Below are positions 44,373 to 54,252 of a stretch of DNA of 54,252 nt, piece by piece. Under the pieces are notes generated by a model. It did not search any database. It was given only the letters and a program-made list of their open reading frames with translations, and was not told the origin of the DNA. Position 1 is the stretch's first letter. Every line of letters begins with the position of its first letter. This stretch comes from a virus (taxonomy: Duplodnaviria > Caudoviricetes). The stretch is from positions 1 through 54,252 of the IMG/VR virus record IMGVR_UViG_3300038549_000013, one strand, 5' to 3'. A program made the translations under genes and the position numbers.

Positions 44373-44852
44373 ATGGGCACGCCGATCAATCTACTCACGG
44401 CACTCGATGAGCTCGCCGCAGCCGATGCGCTGGTGGTCTACTCATCTTCCAATGGTGACGCACGCCGAGCCTCGCTGACGACGTTGCTGTCGTTCCTGGA
44501 GGATAACCAGAACTTGGCAGCGCGACCGTTTTACACCCAGTACAGCGCGCCAGCAGCTGGCAACACGGTGCAGGTTGCAGCATCCTTCAGCGATGCCGAC
44601 GGATCGGAAAACGTGCACCTTATTTTGACTCCGGCCGGCACTCTCGCGACGCTGACCATCAAGCTCCCGCTGTCGAGCGCCTGCGTGGACGCGCAGGAAA
44701 TCATCGTCAACTGCACGCAGATCGTGACCACGCTTTCGTGGGATGCGAATGGAGCCTCGGATATCGTTGGAGAGCCGGCCACGTTGGCGGCGAATGCGTT
44801 TCTGCGGTTGAAGTATGACGAACTGACTACGAACTGGTATCGCATCGGGTGA
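44373..44852 (+). CDS. virion structural protein
   Basis: NGDARR.S, LILTPAGTLA.LTI.LP, WYRIG; lies between gp4 and gp10. Confidence 0.7.
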   Translation: MGTPINLLTALDELAAADALVVYSSSNGDARRASLTTLLSFLEDNQNLAARPFYTQYSAPAAGNTVQVAASFSDADGSENVHLILTPAGTLATLTIKLPLSSACVDAQEIIVNCTQIVTTLSWDANGASDIVGEPATLAANAFLRLKYDELTTNWYRIG

Positions 44853-44855
44853 CGC

Positions 44856-46271
44856 ATGCAAATCCCGGTGTTGAGCGGGATCGCGAGCGACTCTAACGCA
44901 GAGTTTCGCACTTCCTACCCTGTCAATCTGATTCCTGTTCCAAAGCAAAGCGGAATTTCTCAGGGGTATCTGCGTCCAGCTGACGGCATTGTTCACCACG
45001 GCACAGGTCCAGGAATCGATCGCGGCGGGATCAACTGGAACGGCATTTGCTACCGCGTGATGGGCAGTAAATTTGTCTCTGTTGCAGAGAATGGCACGGT
45101 GACCACCATTGGTAGCGTGGCCGGTGGCTCAGATAGGGCCAAGTTCGATTATTCGCCGGATCGTCTCGCAATAGTCTGCGGCGGCAGCGCCTATTACTAC
45201 AACGGCACGCTTACTCAGATTACAGATTCTGATCTTGGCGCAGTCCATGATGTGATATTCGTCGACGGCTATTTCATGTTCCCAAATAGCCAGTTCCTGA
45301 TTGTCACAGAGCTTGCGGACCCGACATCCATTGATCCGCTGAAGTATGGGTCTGCGGAAACCGATCCCGACGAGATTCAAGGGCTACTCAAGGTGCGCAA
45401 TGAGCCGTGGGCGATTGGCCGCTACACATGCGAGGTTTTCCAAAACATTGGCGGAGACAGCGAGTTTCCGTTTGCGAGAATCGAAGGCGCCATGATTTCG
45501 CGCGGTTCGATTGGTCGAAACTCTCACTGTAAGTTTGGCCCGACATCGATTGCGTTCCTTGGCTCCGGGCGCGGCGAGTCTCCATCTGTGTATCTCGCAG
45601 AGAACTCAATCTCGCAGCGCATTGCCACGCGCGAGATAGATACCATACTCCAGGGCTACACCGAGGCGCAGCTGACTCAGTCGATTCTAGAACAGCGTTT
45701 CGACAAGGGCCATCAGCATCTGTATGTGCACCTGCCGGATCGCACGCTGGTCTATGACGCTGCCGGTTCTGCTGCAGCCCAGGAGCCAGTATGGTTCGTG
45801 CTTGTTTCGACCCTTGGCGGATTCTCGCAGTACCGTGCCCGCAATCTGGTGTGGTGCTACGACCGCTGGTTGTGCGGCGATCCTTTGGAACTGAGGGTTG
45901 GATATCTCAGCAATGAACTATCGAGTCATTACGGGGACCACGTGCGATGGGAGTTCGCGACCATCATCATCTACAACGACGGCGCATCCGGGATCATGCA
46001 CGAGATTGAGCTCGTTGCGTTGACCGGCCGTGTTGCCTTCGGCCTCGATCCTTACATTCGGACCAGCTACAGCAAGGACGGGCTTACTTGGAGCCAGAAT
46101 AGAGCCATAAAAGTTGGCGCTCGAGGGGAGCGCGACAAGAGGTTGGTCTGGCGCCAGCAGGGCACGATTGGGCATTTTCGCTCGCAGCGATTCCAAGGTG
46201 ACAGCCAGTCATTTGCCAGCTTTGCAAGGCTTGAGGTGCAAGTCGAGCCGCTTGCCTACGCAACCTCCTAA
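44856..46271 (+). CDS. P22 gp10-like tail hub protein
   Basis: MQIP, YPVNL, GYLR, DRGG..WN...YRV.G, DGYF, AE.DPD, HLPD.TLVYD. Confidence 0.9.
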   Translation: MQIPVLSGIASDSNAEFRTSYPVNLIPVPKQSGISQGYLRPADGIVHHGTGPGIDRGGINWNGICYRVMGSKFVSVAENGTVTTIGSVAGGSDRAKFDYSPDRLAIVCGGSAYYYNGTLTQITDSDLGAVHDVIFVDGYFMFPNSQFLIVTELADPTSIDPLKYGSAETDPDEIQGLLKVRNEPWAIGRYTCEVFQNIGGDSEFPFARIEGAMISRGSIGRNSHCKFGPTSIAFLGSGRGESPSVYLAENSISQRIATREIDTILQGYTEAQLTQSILEQRFDKGHQHLYVHLPDRTLVYDAAGSAAAQEPVWFVLVSTLGGFSQYRARNLVWCYDRWLCGDPLELRVGYLSNELSSHYGDHVRWEFATIIIYNDGASGIMHEIELVALTGRVAFGLDPYIRTSYSKDGLTWSQNRAIKVGARGERDKRLVWRQQGTIGHFRSQRFQGDSQSFASFARLEVQVEPLAYATS

Positions 46272-47266
46272 TGGTTGACGGACTGACACCAGATCCGAAG
46301 CCGCTCAGTCGTGAGCAGCTTTCCGTATTCCTCAAGAATCCTTTGGCGGTGCGCACATTCGAGAGAATGATGGCGCGCGTAGGCGTCGAAATGCCAGCAG
46401 AAATGCTGGCGTTTTTGCGGAAGGACACACTGACCGCGCGCGGCGACATGTTTGTTCGTGATGCGACTGATGTGACGCGCCTGCCGCTCGGATCGAATCT
46501 CAGGCTGCTGCGATCGAATGGTCTCGATGCAATATGGGAATCGATATCTCCGACAATCACTCTTGGCACAGATCTGAGTGGGAGCCTGACTCTCACTGAC
46601 TTGTCAGGCGGTGATCTGAACTCCACCATTGTTGCCAATGCAGTCAGCAACGAGAAGCTCGCCGACATGGCTGAGGGCACCATCAAGGGCAGGGCCGAAG
46701 GCACTGGAACTGGTGACCCGACTGACCTCACGCCATCCCAAGTTGTAGCGATTATTGACGGCGAGGCTATTACGGGCCTGAGATTTCTGCCTACTAGTTC
46801 CAGCGCAGGGACAAATTCACTGTATCTCTCGGCCGCGAATACTCCGGCTATCTCGAGCAATTCAACGCTAGCGATGTCCTGGGACAGTTCGCAGAACGCA
46901 CTCGGGAAGGCCGCCATACTCTCCGACAGCGCCACAGCAGGCGTGGGCTATGCGACTGGTGCCGGTGGGACGGTCACCCAGATCACGAGCCGTACGACTG
47001 GGGTGACTATCAATAAGGTGTCCGGAGCGATTACGCTAGTGTCCGCTGCAGGCACTGCGACATGGCAGTCCTTCACGGTCACGAATTCGGCGGTAGCGGC
47101 TACCGACGTTATCGTGGTCAACCAGAAGTCGGGCACCGACAAGAACATGATTCATGTGACCGCAGTTGGCGCCGGCAGCTTTGAAGTCACCTTCGCAACC
47201 ACCGGCGGGACCACTGTGGAGCAGCCGGTTTTCAGCTTCGCGGTCATTAAGGCTGTGGCGGCATGA
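46271..47266 (+). CDS. tail needle/fibre-like protein (gp26 position)
   Basis: Position after gp10; Thr/Gly-rich C-domain GYATGAGGTVTQ.TSRTTGVT.N. Confidence 0.65.
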   Translation: MVDGLTPDPKPLSREQLSVFLKNPLAVRTFERMMARVGVEMPAEMLAFLRKDTLTARGDMFVRDATDVTRLPLGSNLRLLRSNGLDAIWESISPTITLGTDLSGSLTLTDLSGGDLNSTIVANAVSNEKLADMAEGTIKGRAEGTGTGDPTDLTPSQVVAIIDGEAITGLRFLPTSSSAGTNSLYLSAANTPAISSNSTLAMSWDSSQNALGKAAILSDSATAGVGYATGAGGTVTQITSRTTGVTINKVSGAITLVSAAGTATWQSFTVTNSAVAATDVIVVNQKSGTDKNMIHVTAVGAGSFEVTFATTGGTTVEQPVFSFAVIKAVAA

Positions 47267-47354
47267 TTTCGTTGGTGATAGTATGTGGGATAGCTGAGCG
47301 CCATACCATGGCACCCCTCGCATCCAGCGGCGATTCCAACCGGAGTCCGTCCGC

Positions 47355-47789
47355 TTGAGCGAAATCCTCCAAGGTCGATCGCTATCACTGTCGCAAGACG
47401 GCAATGGCGTCGTGCTGTCTCCTCCGCCAAGCTTCCCGGGAATCGATTACAGCGCGATTGAGCTCGCCATGAGGGCCCATGAGCAGGCCGAGTGGGAGTC
47501 CACCCACGAGCTATCCGATGGCCTGTATCTGCGCCGCACGCGCATCCCGGCGGGCGTCATTGTGCTCGGCCGGAAACATCGTAAGCCCTGCGTGAACCTG
47601 CTCCTGGAGGGCAGTGTGATCCTGTTCGCCCCGAATGGCGCGTCCACCGTGCTGAATGCGCCGCGTTGCTTCACCGGCCCGGTCGGGTCTCAGAAACTGG
47701 CATTCACGCTCACCGATATCGTGTGCGCCAATGTGTTTTCGGTCGATGGCCAGACCATCGAAGAGATAGAAACCGAGGTATTCCATTGA
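47355..47789 (+). CDS. cupin-like phage protein (start uncertain)
   Basis: H....GLY.R...IPAG....G.KH......LL.G....AP..F. Confidence 0.65.
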   Translation: MSEILQGRSLSLSQDGNGVVLSPPPSFPGIDYSAIELAMRAHEQAEWESTHELSDGLYLRRTRIPAGVIVLGRKHRKPCVNLLLEGSVILFAPNGASTVLNAPRCFTGPVGSQKLAFTLTDIVCANVFSVDGQTIEEIETEVFH

Positions 47790-48424
47790 GCGGTGTAGCC
47801 ACAGCAGTCACCGCCGGTGTAGTGGGCGTTGCCGGAGCCGTTGCCCAGGATAGAGCGGCCTCGAAAGCAGCCAAGGCTCAGAAGAACGCGAGCAACGCCG
47901 CGATTGCCAACGAGCAGGATCAGTTCGCGGCGATCCGTGAGTTGCTAGCTCCGTACGTCCAGGCGGGAGACAAGGCTACGGAGTCACAGCTAGCCCTGCT
48001 GGGATTGCTCGGTGATGATCAGCAGCGCAAGGCGATCATGAATGTCCAACAGGGCTCGGAGTATTCGACGCTGATCAAGCAGGGTGAGGAAGCGATCCTG
48101 CAGAACGCCTCTGCAACTGGCGGGCTCCGCGGAGGTAACACACAGGCCGCGCTGAGCGAATTCCGCCCGCAATTGCTGAATCAACTGCTGAACGAGCGAT
48201 TTTCAAAGCTCGGTGATCTCGCGGGCCGCGGACAAGCGTCGGCAGCCGGGCAGGCATCACTCCAGCAGCAGTCAGCGGCTAACGTGAGCAACCTTATCGG
48301 ATCCATCGGACAGGCCGGCGCGGGGCGTGCGATAGCCCAGGGGAACGCCATTGCTGGCGGACTTGGTGCTGTCGGCGATTCGGTGGGAACTCTTGCGACT
48401 CTCAGGCTGCTGAAGAGTTTCTGA
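47786..48424 (+). CDS. DNA ejection protein (gp7-like)
   Basis: A/G/Q-rich; L.PYVQAG, E.AILQNASATGGLRGGN.Q.AL; TTG start after GAGG. Confidence 0.8.
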   Translation: MSGVATAVTAGVVGVAGAVAQDRAASKAAKAQKNASNAAIANEQDQFAAIRELLAPYVQAGDKATESQLALLGLLGDDQQRKAIMNVQQGSEYSTLIKQGEEAILQNASATGGLRGGNTQAALSEFRPQLLNQLLNERFSKLGDLAGRGQASAAGQASLQQQSAANVSNLIGSIGQAGAGRAIAQGNAIAGGLGAVGDSVGTLATLRLLKSF

Positions 48425-48425
48425 G

Positions 48426-49739
48426 ATGCCACAGCCATTCGACTACAGCCTCACCGTCCAAAACCCCGCAGCAAGCGTGACGCAGGGCATCCAGAAGGGT
48501 ATAGGACTAGCCCAGGGGCTAACGCAGGTCAAGCAGGCGCGCACGGAAGCAACGGCCGCCGCGCAGGCGAATGAGCGGAAGACGGCTTTCAATGCGGACC
48601 TCGCGAAGATCTCTGCGGCCCCGACTGCCGCCGGATACGCGTCCCTGGCGGCGAGATATCCCGAATTCGGCAAGGTCCTGAAGGAGGGCTATGACGTACT
48701 CGGCGCTGAGGAGCAAAAGCAAAACCTCGCAGACGCGTCCTCAGTGTATTCGGCGCTGGCTGCCGATGAGCCTGAATACGCCGAGGAGCTTCTGACGAAG
48801 CAGGCAGAGGCACTGCGCAATGGTGGTCGTGAGCAGGAAGCGAAAGCGCGGGAGGACTTGGCTAGGCTCGTCAAGCTGAGCCCCGATACAGCGAGAACCT
48901 CTGCTGGACTCTATCTATCAACCGTGATGGGTCCTGAGAAATTCGTCGAGGGCTTCAGCAAGCTCGAGAGCGATCGACGTTCGCGCGACCTGGAAGGCGC
49001 TACATTGACCGAGGCCGAAGCAAAGGCGGATAAGGCGGCGGTGGCCGCGAAGTTCGCTGAGTCGGAGGCGGCTTTAGAGCTGCAAAAGAAAGGATACGAC
49101 ATCGAGAAGATTAAGAATGACATTCAGGTGTCGCGCGCCAATGTTCGGATTGCAGCGATGAATGCTGAACTGGCCAAGGAGTTGAACGCGCAGCGTGCAG
49201 AACTTCTGCGCTCACGCATTGCCGACGCGCAAATCAAGCGCGACGCAGACGTGCGCGATCGCGTGGCCAATGCTGAGTCGGCACGTGGACAGATTGATAA
49301 CTTTCTGAACACTGCCGATAGAGCACTGGCTACCCCATTCAACGTCATCGAGAATGCAACCGGCTCTGTTGATTCGCGGCTTATCACCTTGCGCCAGTCC
49401 ACCGCTGACTTTGAGGAATTGATTGACACGCTGGGCTCTCAGGCATTTCTTGCTCAGGCGCCGAACCTCAAGGGCATGGGGGCACTCTCCAATGCTGAGG
49501 GCGAGAAGCTGCAAACGGCACTGCAAAACCTCAAGCTGCGTCAAAGCCCGGAGCGATTGGTCAACAACCTTCGGGAGGCGCAGCGTTTGTTGCTGAAAGC
49601 TAGGGACAACATCTCGACCCGTTATGGCGTCCCGGAGACTGTCCCAGACACTCCCGCAGCAGCGCCGAGCGACCAGGAGACGAATGCACTGCTCGATCAA
49701 TACCTGTTCGGCGGCGAGCCGATCGCGGGCGACGGGTGA
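48426..49739 (+). CDS. DNA ejection protein (gp20-like)
   Basis: Helical; LKGMGALSNAEG.KL; position in the tail operon. Confidence 0.75.
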   Translation: MPQPFDYSLTVQNPAASVTQGIQKGIGLAQGLTQVKQARTEATAAAQANERKTAFNADLAKISAAPTAAGYASLAARYPEFGKVLKEGYDVLGAEEQKQNLADASSVYSALAADEPEYAEELLTKQAEALRNGGREQEAKAREDLARLVKLSPDTARTSAGLYLSTVMGPEKFVEGFSKLESDRRSRDLEGATLTEAEAKADKAAVAAKFAESEAALELQKKGYDIEKIKNDIQVSRANVRIAAMNAELAKELNAQRAELLRSRIADAQIKRDADVRDRVANAESARGQIDNFLNTADRALATPFNVIENATGSVDSRLITLRQSTADFEELIDTLGSQAFLAQAPNLKGMGALSNAEGEKLQTALQNLKLRQSPERLVNNLREAQRLLLKARDNISTRYGVPETVPDTPAAAPSDQETNALLDQYLFGGEPIAGDG

Positions 49740-49742
49740 TCT

Positions 49743-51647
49743 GTGCCGAGCCGTCGCGAGCAAATCGCCATCGCATTAAAGCGCGCGCACCAAGCTGGTG
49801 ATTCAAACGCCGCACGCAAGCTGGCTGCGGCCTACAACCAGACCGATGGGGCGGCTCCAGAGTACTTGGGCGCCCTGCCCGGAGAAGCGACCGACCCGGG
49901 ATTGTTCGAAAAGTCGCTGCCGGAGCCAACACGGGCAATCGACGATCCGCTTGGCGCTGCAGTAGGCACGGTCGAGGCCGCAGGAACTCTCACGACGGGG
50001 GCCACCACTGGAGCGGCCGGCATGGTCGGGGGATTCCTCAAGGGGGTTGCTGAATCCATTCTGCGCGGCGACTTCGGAACGCAGCAGGCCGGCGAACTCA
50101 TTGCCAAAAGCGCTGAGAGCGGAGCACAGGCGCTGACCTATGAGCCGCGGACAGAGGCAGGCCAGCGACAGGTCGCGGCCGTGGGTGAGGCGCTGGAGCC
50201 GCTGACGCCACTGCTGGCCGTAACGCCAGTGGAAGGCGCAGCGGCTGCCGCTGGTATCGCAGCTGCAGCCAGTCCGGTGTCAGCAGGTGCGCGGGCAACG
50301 GCGAGCAAGGCGGCCCAGGGAGTGCGGCAAGCAATCGGCAAGACGGAGCCGAGTCCTGGCGCCGCAGGACCCAGAAGCGCTGGCGCAGCGGATGTTGGCG
50401 CTGCCACCGTGCGCGATCAGCTGGCTCGCGAACTGCCAGTTCCGATCAAGCTCACTCAGGGACAAAAAACACGTGAATTCGGACAGCTGCAATTCGAGCG
50501 TGAGACAGCCAAGAACGCCAAGGTCGGCGGGGCAATGCGCGAGAGGCTCGATGAGCAAAACGCGCAGCTCGTGCAGAACATCGACGCTTTCATCGAGGGA
50601 ACAGGCGGTGTTGCGCCGGATCTACGAAGCGTTGGCCTGAGCGTCGAAAAGGGTATTCGGGTCAAGGCGCTGCGGGACAAGCGTCGAATTCGGACGCTCT
50701 ACAAGGAGGCCGAAAAGGCAGGCGAGCTGGAAACCACGGTCCAGCTGGATGCGCTCGCGAAGTATCTCGATGACTCCCGTTCGCTCGACGGCACTGCGAA
50801 AAACCTTCCAGCAGTCCGCGCGGAAGCAAAGCGTCTTGGAATTCTCGCAGAAGGGCCAGACGGCAAGCTTACCGCGCAGCCTACTACGCTCGCTAATGGT
50901 GAATTGCTGCGAAAATTCATCAACAAGGCGACCGGCAACGACAAGACGGAGCAGCTACAGGCGGTGGAACTGAAGAAGGTCTATGACGCGGCCACCAAGG
51001 ACGCAGGCGGTGCCCTCTACAAGCGCGCACGGGATGCTTACTCGAAGTATCAGGACGATTTCGTAAATCAAGTCGCAGTCAAAAACATCCTAGGGACCAA
51101 GCGCGGGAGTTCGGATCGCGCCATCGCCTATGAGGACGTGCTCAATCGCACGGTCGTGTCTCCTTCCACCTCTCTAGATCAGCTGGAGGGTGTTTTCCGA
51201 CTCCTGAACAAGAGCGCGCCCGGAAAACAGGCGATCGCTGACTTGAAGGCAGGAACTTTGGAGTGGTTGAAGGGCGAGGCTACGAAGAATGTCGGCACCA
51301 CCAGCGCTGGCGACAAGGTATTCAGCGCAGCCGGCTTCAACAAGGCTATCACCCAGCTCGACAAGTCCGGGAAGCTTGATTTTGTCTTCGGCAAGAAGGG
51401 CGCCGAGCAGCTGCGCACCCTAAATGAGATCGCGCAGGATGTGCTGACCGTACCGGCTGGAGCCGTGAACACCAGCAACACGGCGAGCGCCTTAGCGTCC
51501 ATGGCAGATTTGGTTTTTGCCTCCGGGACTGGTATTCCGGCCCCGCTCGCCAGCGCCATTAAGCTGCTCCGAGGTCAGATCAAGGATGCCAAATTGAAAA
51601 AGCGACTGGATGAGTCACTGGGTAATAGCTCTGGTACCGATCAATGA
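49743..51647 (+). CDS. DNA ejection protein (gp16-like)
   Basis: 634 aa, Ala/Gly-rich and helical; LTQGQ.TR and VNTSNTA; position. Confidence 0.7.
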   Translation: MPSRREQIAIALKRAHQAGDSNAARKLAAAYNQTDGAAPEYLGALPGEATDPGLFEKSLPEPTRAIDDPLGAAVGTVEAAGTLTTGATTGAAGMVGGFLKGVAESILRGDFGTQQAGELIAKSAESGAQALTYEPRTEAGQRQVAAVGEALEPLTPLLAVTPVEGAAAAAGIAAAASPVSAGARATASKAAQGVRQAIGKTEPSPGAAGPRSAGAADVGAATVRDQLARELPVPIKLTQGQKTREFGQLQFERETAKNAKVGGAMRERLDEQNAQLVQNIDAFIEGTGGVAPDLRSVGLSVEKGIRVKALRDKRRIRTLYKEAEKAGELETTVQLDALAKYLDDSRSLDGTAKNLPAVRAEAKRLGILAEGPDGKLTAQPTTLANGELLRKFINKATGNDKTEQLQAVELKKVYDAATKDAGGALYKRARDAYSKYQDDFVNQVAVKNILGTKRGSSDRAIAYEDVLNRTVVSPSTSLDQLEGVFRLLNKSAPGKQAIADLKAGTLEWLKGEATKNVGTTSAGDKVFSAAGFNKAITQLDKSGKLDFVFGKKGAEQLRTLNEIAQDVLTVPAGAVNTSNTASALASMADLVFASGTGIPAPLASAIKLLRGQIKDAKLKKRLDESLGNSSGTDQ

Positions 51648-53545
51648 CCAAGGTCACCGACCCGTACATCTTCCTGTCCGATCGGCGTGGCAATGCGCTC
51701 GAGTCAGGCCACGTCTACATTGGAGCGGCCGGTCAGAACCCGCAGTCCAATCCCATCCAGGCATATGCGGATGAGGATTTTCTCATACCCCTTGCGCAGC
51801 CGATTCGCACTCTGGCTGGATACCCAGTCAACGGCAACTCTCCGACGCAGGTCTTCGTCAACGCCGATGACTATTCCATGGTCGTGCGTGATAAGCGCGA
51901 CACGCTGGTCCTTTCGTCGCTGACCTCCGCTCCCGATGTGCTGACACGCAGCGAGCTCAGTGCAATCCTGTTTGAGCAGAGCCCGGCCGAAGCAGCCGTG
52001 GGCGCGGTGCCGACAAGCTTCGAGTACTACTACGGCGATTGTCGGCGGTTCGGCGTGTCCACTGCCGCCAGCGCCGCTGCCAACGCCGCCGCATTCAATG
52101 TTGCGCTCTCTGTTGGCGGTCGCGTCTATATCGACGCGCCGGGCACCTACGTCGTCAATGACAACATCTACGTGCCGAGCAACACGCATTTGTACATTGG
52201 TCCGGGCGTGACCATTCAGGGCGCTGCCAGTAAAGCCTGGATCTCGACCGGGATCATACTGATTGATGGCAGTGGCAATGTTAAAGTTGAGATAGCCGGC
52301 ATCATCGATGGAAATAAGGACAACAATCCTACGGGTCGTGCGTTTGGCGTCGAAGTCAGGTCGTCAACTGACGTAACAGTATGCGGCAGCGGCAGCATCA
52401 TTAACTGCCCGGCGCAAGACGCTACCGGCATCAACGGAGGCGATGGCGTCTACGTCGGCGGAGCGGGGAGCGCTCGCGTCACAGTCCGTGATCTGCTTCT
52501 AGACTCCAATGTGCGTCAAGGCATTTCTATAACACGATGCCTGGACTTCTCGCTGATCAATTTGCGTTGTCATAACCAGACTGGTAGCGATCCCGGCGCG
52601 GGAATCGACCTTGAGCCAGACTCTCCTGGCGTCATTAAGCGCGGACGAGTTATCGGCTGCTACTGCGAAGGCAATTATCGCGGAATGGATATTGTTGACT
52701 GCGAAGAAATCACAGTGCAAGGTCTTCAGATCGTGAACAGCCGATGGAATGGCATGCAGATCATACGCGGCACGGATATCCGCGTTGAAGCCAAGATCGT
52801 CGTTGGTAATCCAACTGTATCGCAGCTCGGGACGGTGCTTATCGAGGATTCAGAGGACTGCGTGCTGGACTTTGAGGTTGTTGGCTCTTTCGACGCGCAA
52901 GAGGCCAACTCTTGTATTCGATTTTCGCAAGGATGCCGGCGTATTCGCCTCAAGGCAAAGGTGAGGAATTGCAAGGGCAACGCTATTGGGATCGGCGGCT
53001 CAGGGATGGGCGAAGACAATACCGATATCTTCATCGAGGGGTGCCACCTCTACAATTGCGCCGACCCCGCGCAGAACGCACCGGTGATTTTCATCGACTC
53101 CAACAGTGGCGGCACCTTTTTCAGCAGACGGGTGACGATCCGCAACAACTACATTTATGACGACCGCACCGGCGGCAACGAGGCAACCGTCGGGATCCAG
53201 GTCTCGGGCAACGTGACCTCTGCTGTGTTGGCGGATTACCGCTTTGGCAGCAAGAGCAACACCATCATCGGCCCGACAGAAAAGTCCACTCGCGCGCACT
53301 GGGCTATCGTCAACTACGACCCGCCCAGTCTCGCGGATGGTGCAGGCGTCACCACCACGCTGACAGTTGACGGCGCGGTGATTGGCGATGGCGTCAATGG
53401 TTCCTTCGCGCGCGACCTGCAGGGCATCAGCACGACCTTTTACGTGAGCGCCACCGATACGGTGTCGATGCGCATGCAGAACGAATCGGGCGGCGTGCTG
53501 GACTTGGCCTCCAGCGCTTTCCAGGCTGAGTTGTTGAAGACCTGA
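51644..53545 (+). CDS. tailspike (P22-type head-binding domain plus right-handed beta-helix)
   Basis: N-terminal D..G..L..G.VYIG...P...I....AQPIRT..GYP; pectate-lyase-like repeats (IDGNK, GDGVYV, N.RQGISI, GIDLEP). Confidence 0.85.
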   Translation: MTKVTDPYIFLSDRRGNALESGHVYIGAAGQNPQSNPIQAYADEDFLIPLAQPIRTLAGYPVNGNSPTQVFVNADDYSMVVRDKRDTLVLSSLTSAPDVLTRSELSAILFEQSPAEAAVGAVPTSFEYYYGDCRRFGVSTAASAAANAAAFNVALSVGGRVYIDAPGTYVVNDNIYVPSNTHLYIGPGVTIQGAASKAWISTGIILIDGSGNVKVEIAGIIDGNKDNNPTGRAFGVEVRSSTDVTVCGSGSIINCPAQDATGINGGDGVYVGGAGSARVTVRDLLLDSNVRQGISITRCLDFSLINLRCHNQTGSDPGAGIDLEPDSPGVIKRGRVIGCYCEGNYRGMDIVDCEEITVQGLQIVNSRWNGMQIIRGTDIRVEAKIVVGNPTVSQLGTVLIEDSEDCVLDFEVVGSFDAQEANSCIRFSQGCRRIRLKAKVRNCKGNAIGIGGSGMGEDNTDIFIEGCHLYNCADPAQNAPVIFIDSNSGGTFFSRRVTIRNNYIYDDRTGGNEATVGIQVSGNVTSAVLADYRFGSKSNTIIGPTEKSTRAHWAIVNYDPPSLADGAGVTTTLTVDGAVIGDGVNGSFARDLQGISTTFYVSATDTVSMRMQNESGGVLDLASSAFQAELLKT

Positions 53546-53548
53546 GCC

Positions 53549-53968
53549 ATGAAAATATTTCGACTTGCAATCGTCGAGTGCACTCGCGCTACGGGCTGCC
53601 TAGAATTGCAGAAATTTGTCACCAACGAGGCTGGCAATCCTGAGTGGGTCCACTACTGCATCGTCGTCGATGCGGCGCAGGCCCTGGAGGTAGTGCGTGA
53701 GGTTGAGCCGAGCGCGGCGGCCCAGGCCGAGGCGGATCTCATTGGCAGTGAGGTGATTGGCTCGAAAGCCGAGCCGCTCGCGGATGCGCGCAGGGACCCA
53801 GCGGCCAAGGCATTGCGAGGCTGGCCGATGACGGAGGAAATTGCGATCCAGTCCTCGAAAGTTCGCGGGCTTGGTCGAGTGCCGCTCGGCTCTATATCTT
53901 CCGGGGAAAATCCCGCCGCCACGCCTCAGCGCACGCCACGCTTGGATGGCCGGCCAGCGTCCCAGTGA
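53549..53968 (+). CDS. hypothetical protein
   Basis: 139-aa ORF directly after the tailspike. Confidence 0.55.
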   Translation: MKIFRLAIVECTRATGCLELQKFVTNEAGNPEWVHYCIVVDAAQALEVVREVEPSAAAQAEADLIGSEVIGSKAEPLADARRDPAAKALRGWPMTEEIAIQSSKVRGLGRVPLGSISSGENPAATPQRTPRLDGRPASQ

Positions 53969-54010
53969 GATCCCTCGCGCCTGAAGGAACAGCGAAGTGA
54001 GTCACAGATC

Positions 54011-54252
54011 ATGAGTAGTCCAGACAGTCGGCCCAGCGCCATCACCGAGGAGCAGCTCCAACGTATCATTGCTGCCATGCAGCGCCATGGCGCGAGCGTG
54101 AACGTGAGCGATCCTCGCGTGTCAGCCGTGCAAGCATGGATATTGGGGCTTGTGGGCACCGGACTGGTCGCTGCGGCAGCGTGGGGCGCCAAAAGCATCT
54201 CGGACCTGAGCACCACGATGACCATCGCCATTGCGCGCCAGGATCGACAGGA
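54011..54252 (+). CDS. membrane protein, 3' end beyond the window (possible holin)
   Basis: One TM segment (AWILGLVGTGLVAAAAW); position after the tail genes. Confidence 0.4.
   Translation, partial: MSSPDSRPSAITEEQLQRIIAAMQRHGASVNVSDPRVSAVQAWILGLVGTGLVAAAAWGAKSISDLSTTMTIAIARQDRQ

Noticed and set aside
51644-53545. Possible diversity-generating retroelement target in the tailspike
   Set aside because: No reverse transcriptase and no template/variable repeat pair were seen in the window.

Overview
This window is most of a GC-rich tailed phage or prophage genome with a P22-like (podovirus) morphogenesis module. The host is probably a Proteobacterium, which is an inference. Position 1-14.3 kb is a minus-strand early arm of mostly small genes. 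It holds a TGT/DpdA-like gene with a QueF-like partner, a C5 methylase-like gene, Ref/NinB/SSB/YqaJ/ERF recombination genes and a beta-clamp-like gene. A divergent promoter pair at about 14.4 kb has only a Cro-like gene beside it. The plus-strand arm (14.4-26.1 kb) carries an ECF-type sigma factor, SNF2 helicase, N4/N6 methylase, HNH nuclease, a c4-like antisense RNA, YdaU-like protein, SF2 helicase, primase, DHH phosphoesterase and other nucleases. At 26.1-28.6 kb there is an inverted cassette of small genes with an Aca1-like HTH gene and repeated operators. A second Aca1-like cassette lies at 6.6-7.2 kb. At 28.65-29.14 kb a ~490-nt non-coding region has three interlocking long-range helices. 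Then come HTH regulators, a block of probable accessory virion genes, terS, an intein-containing terL, and the P22-like portal, scaffold, coat, gp4, gp10, needle, ejection and tailspike genes. No integrase, CI repressor, tRNA, CRISPR array or clear endolysin was recognised. All protein calls come from motif recognition by eye; no database search was run.
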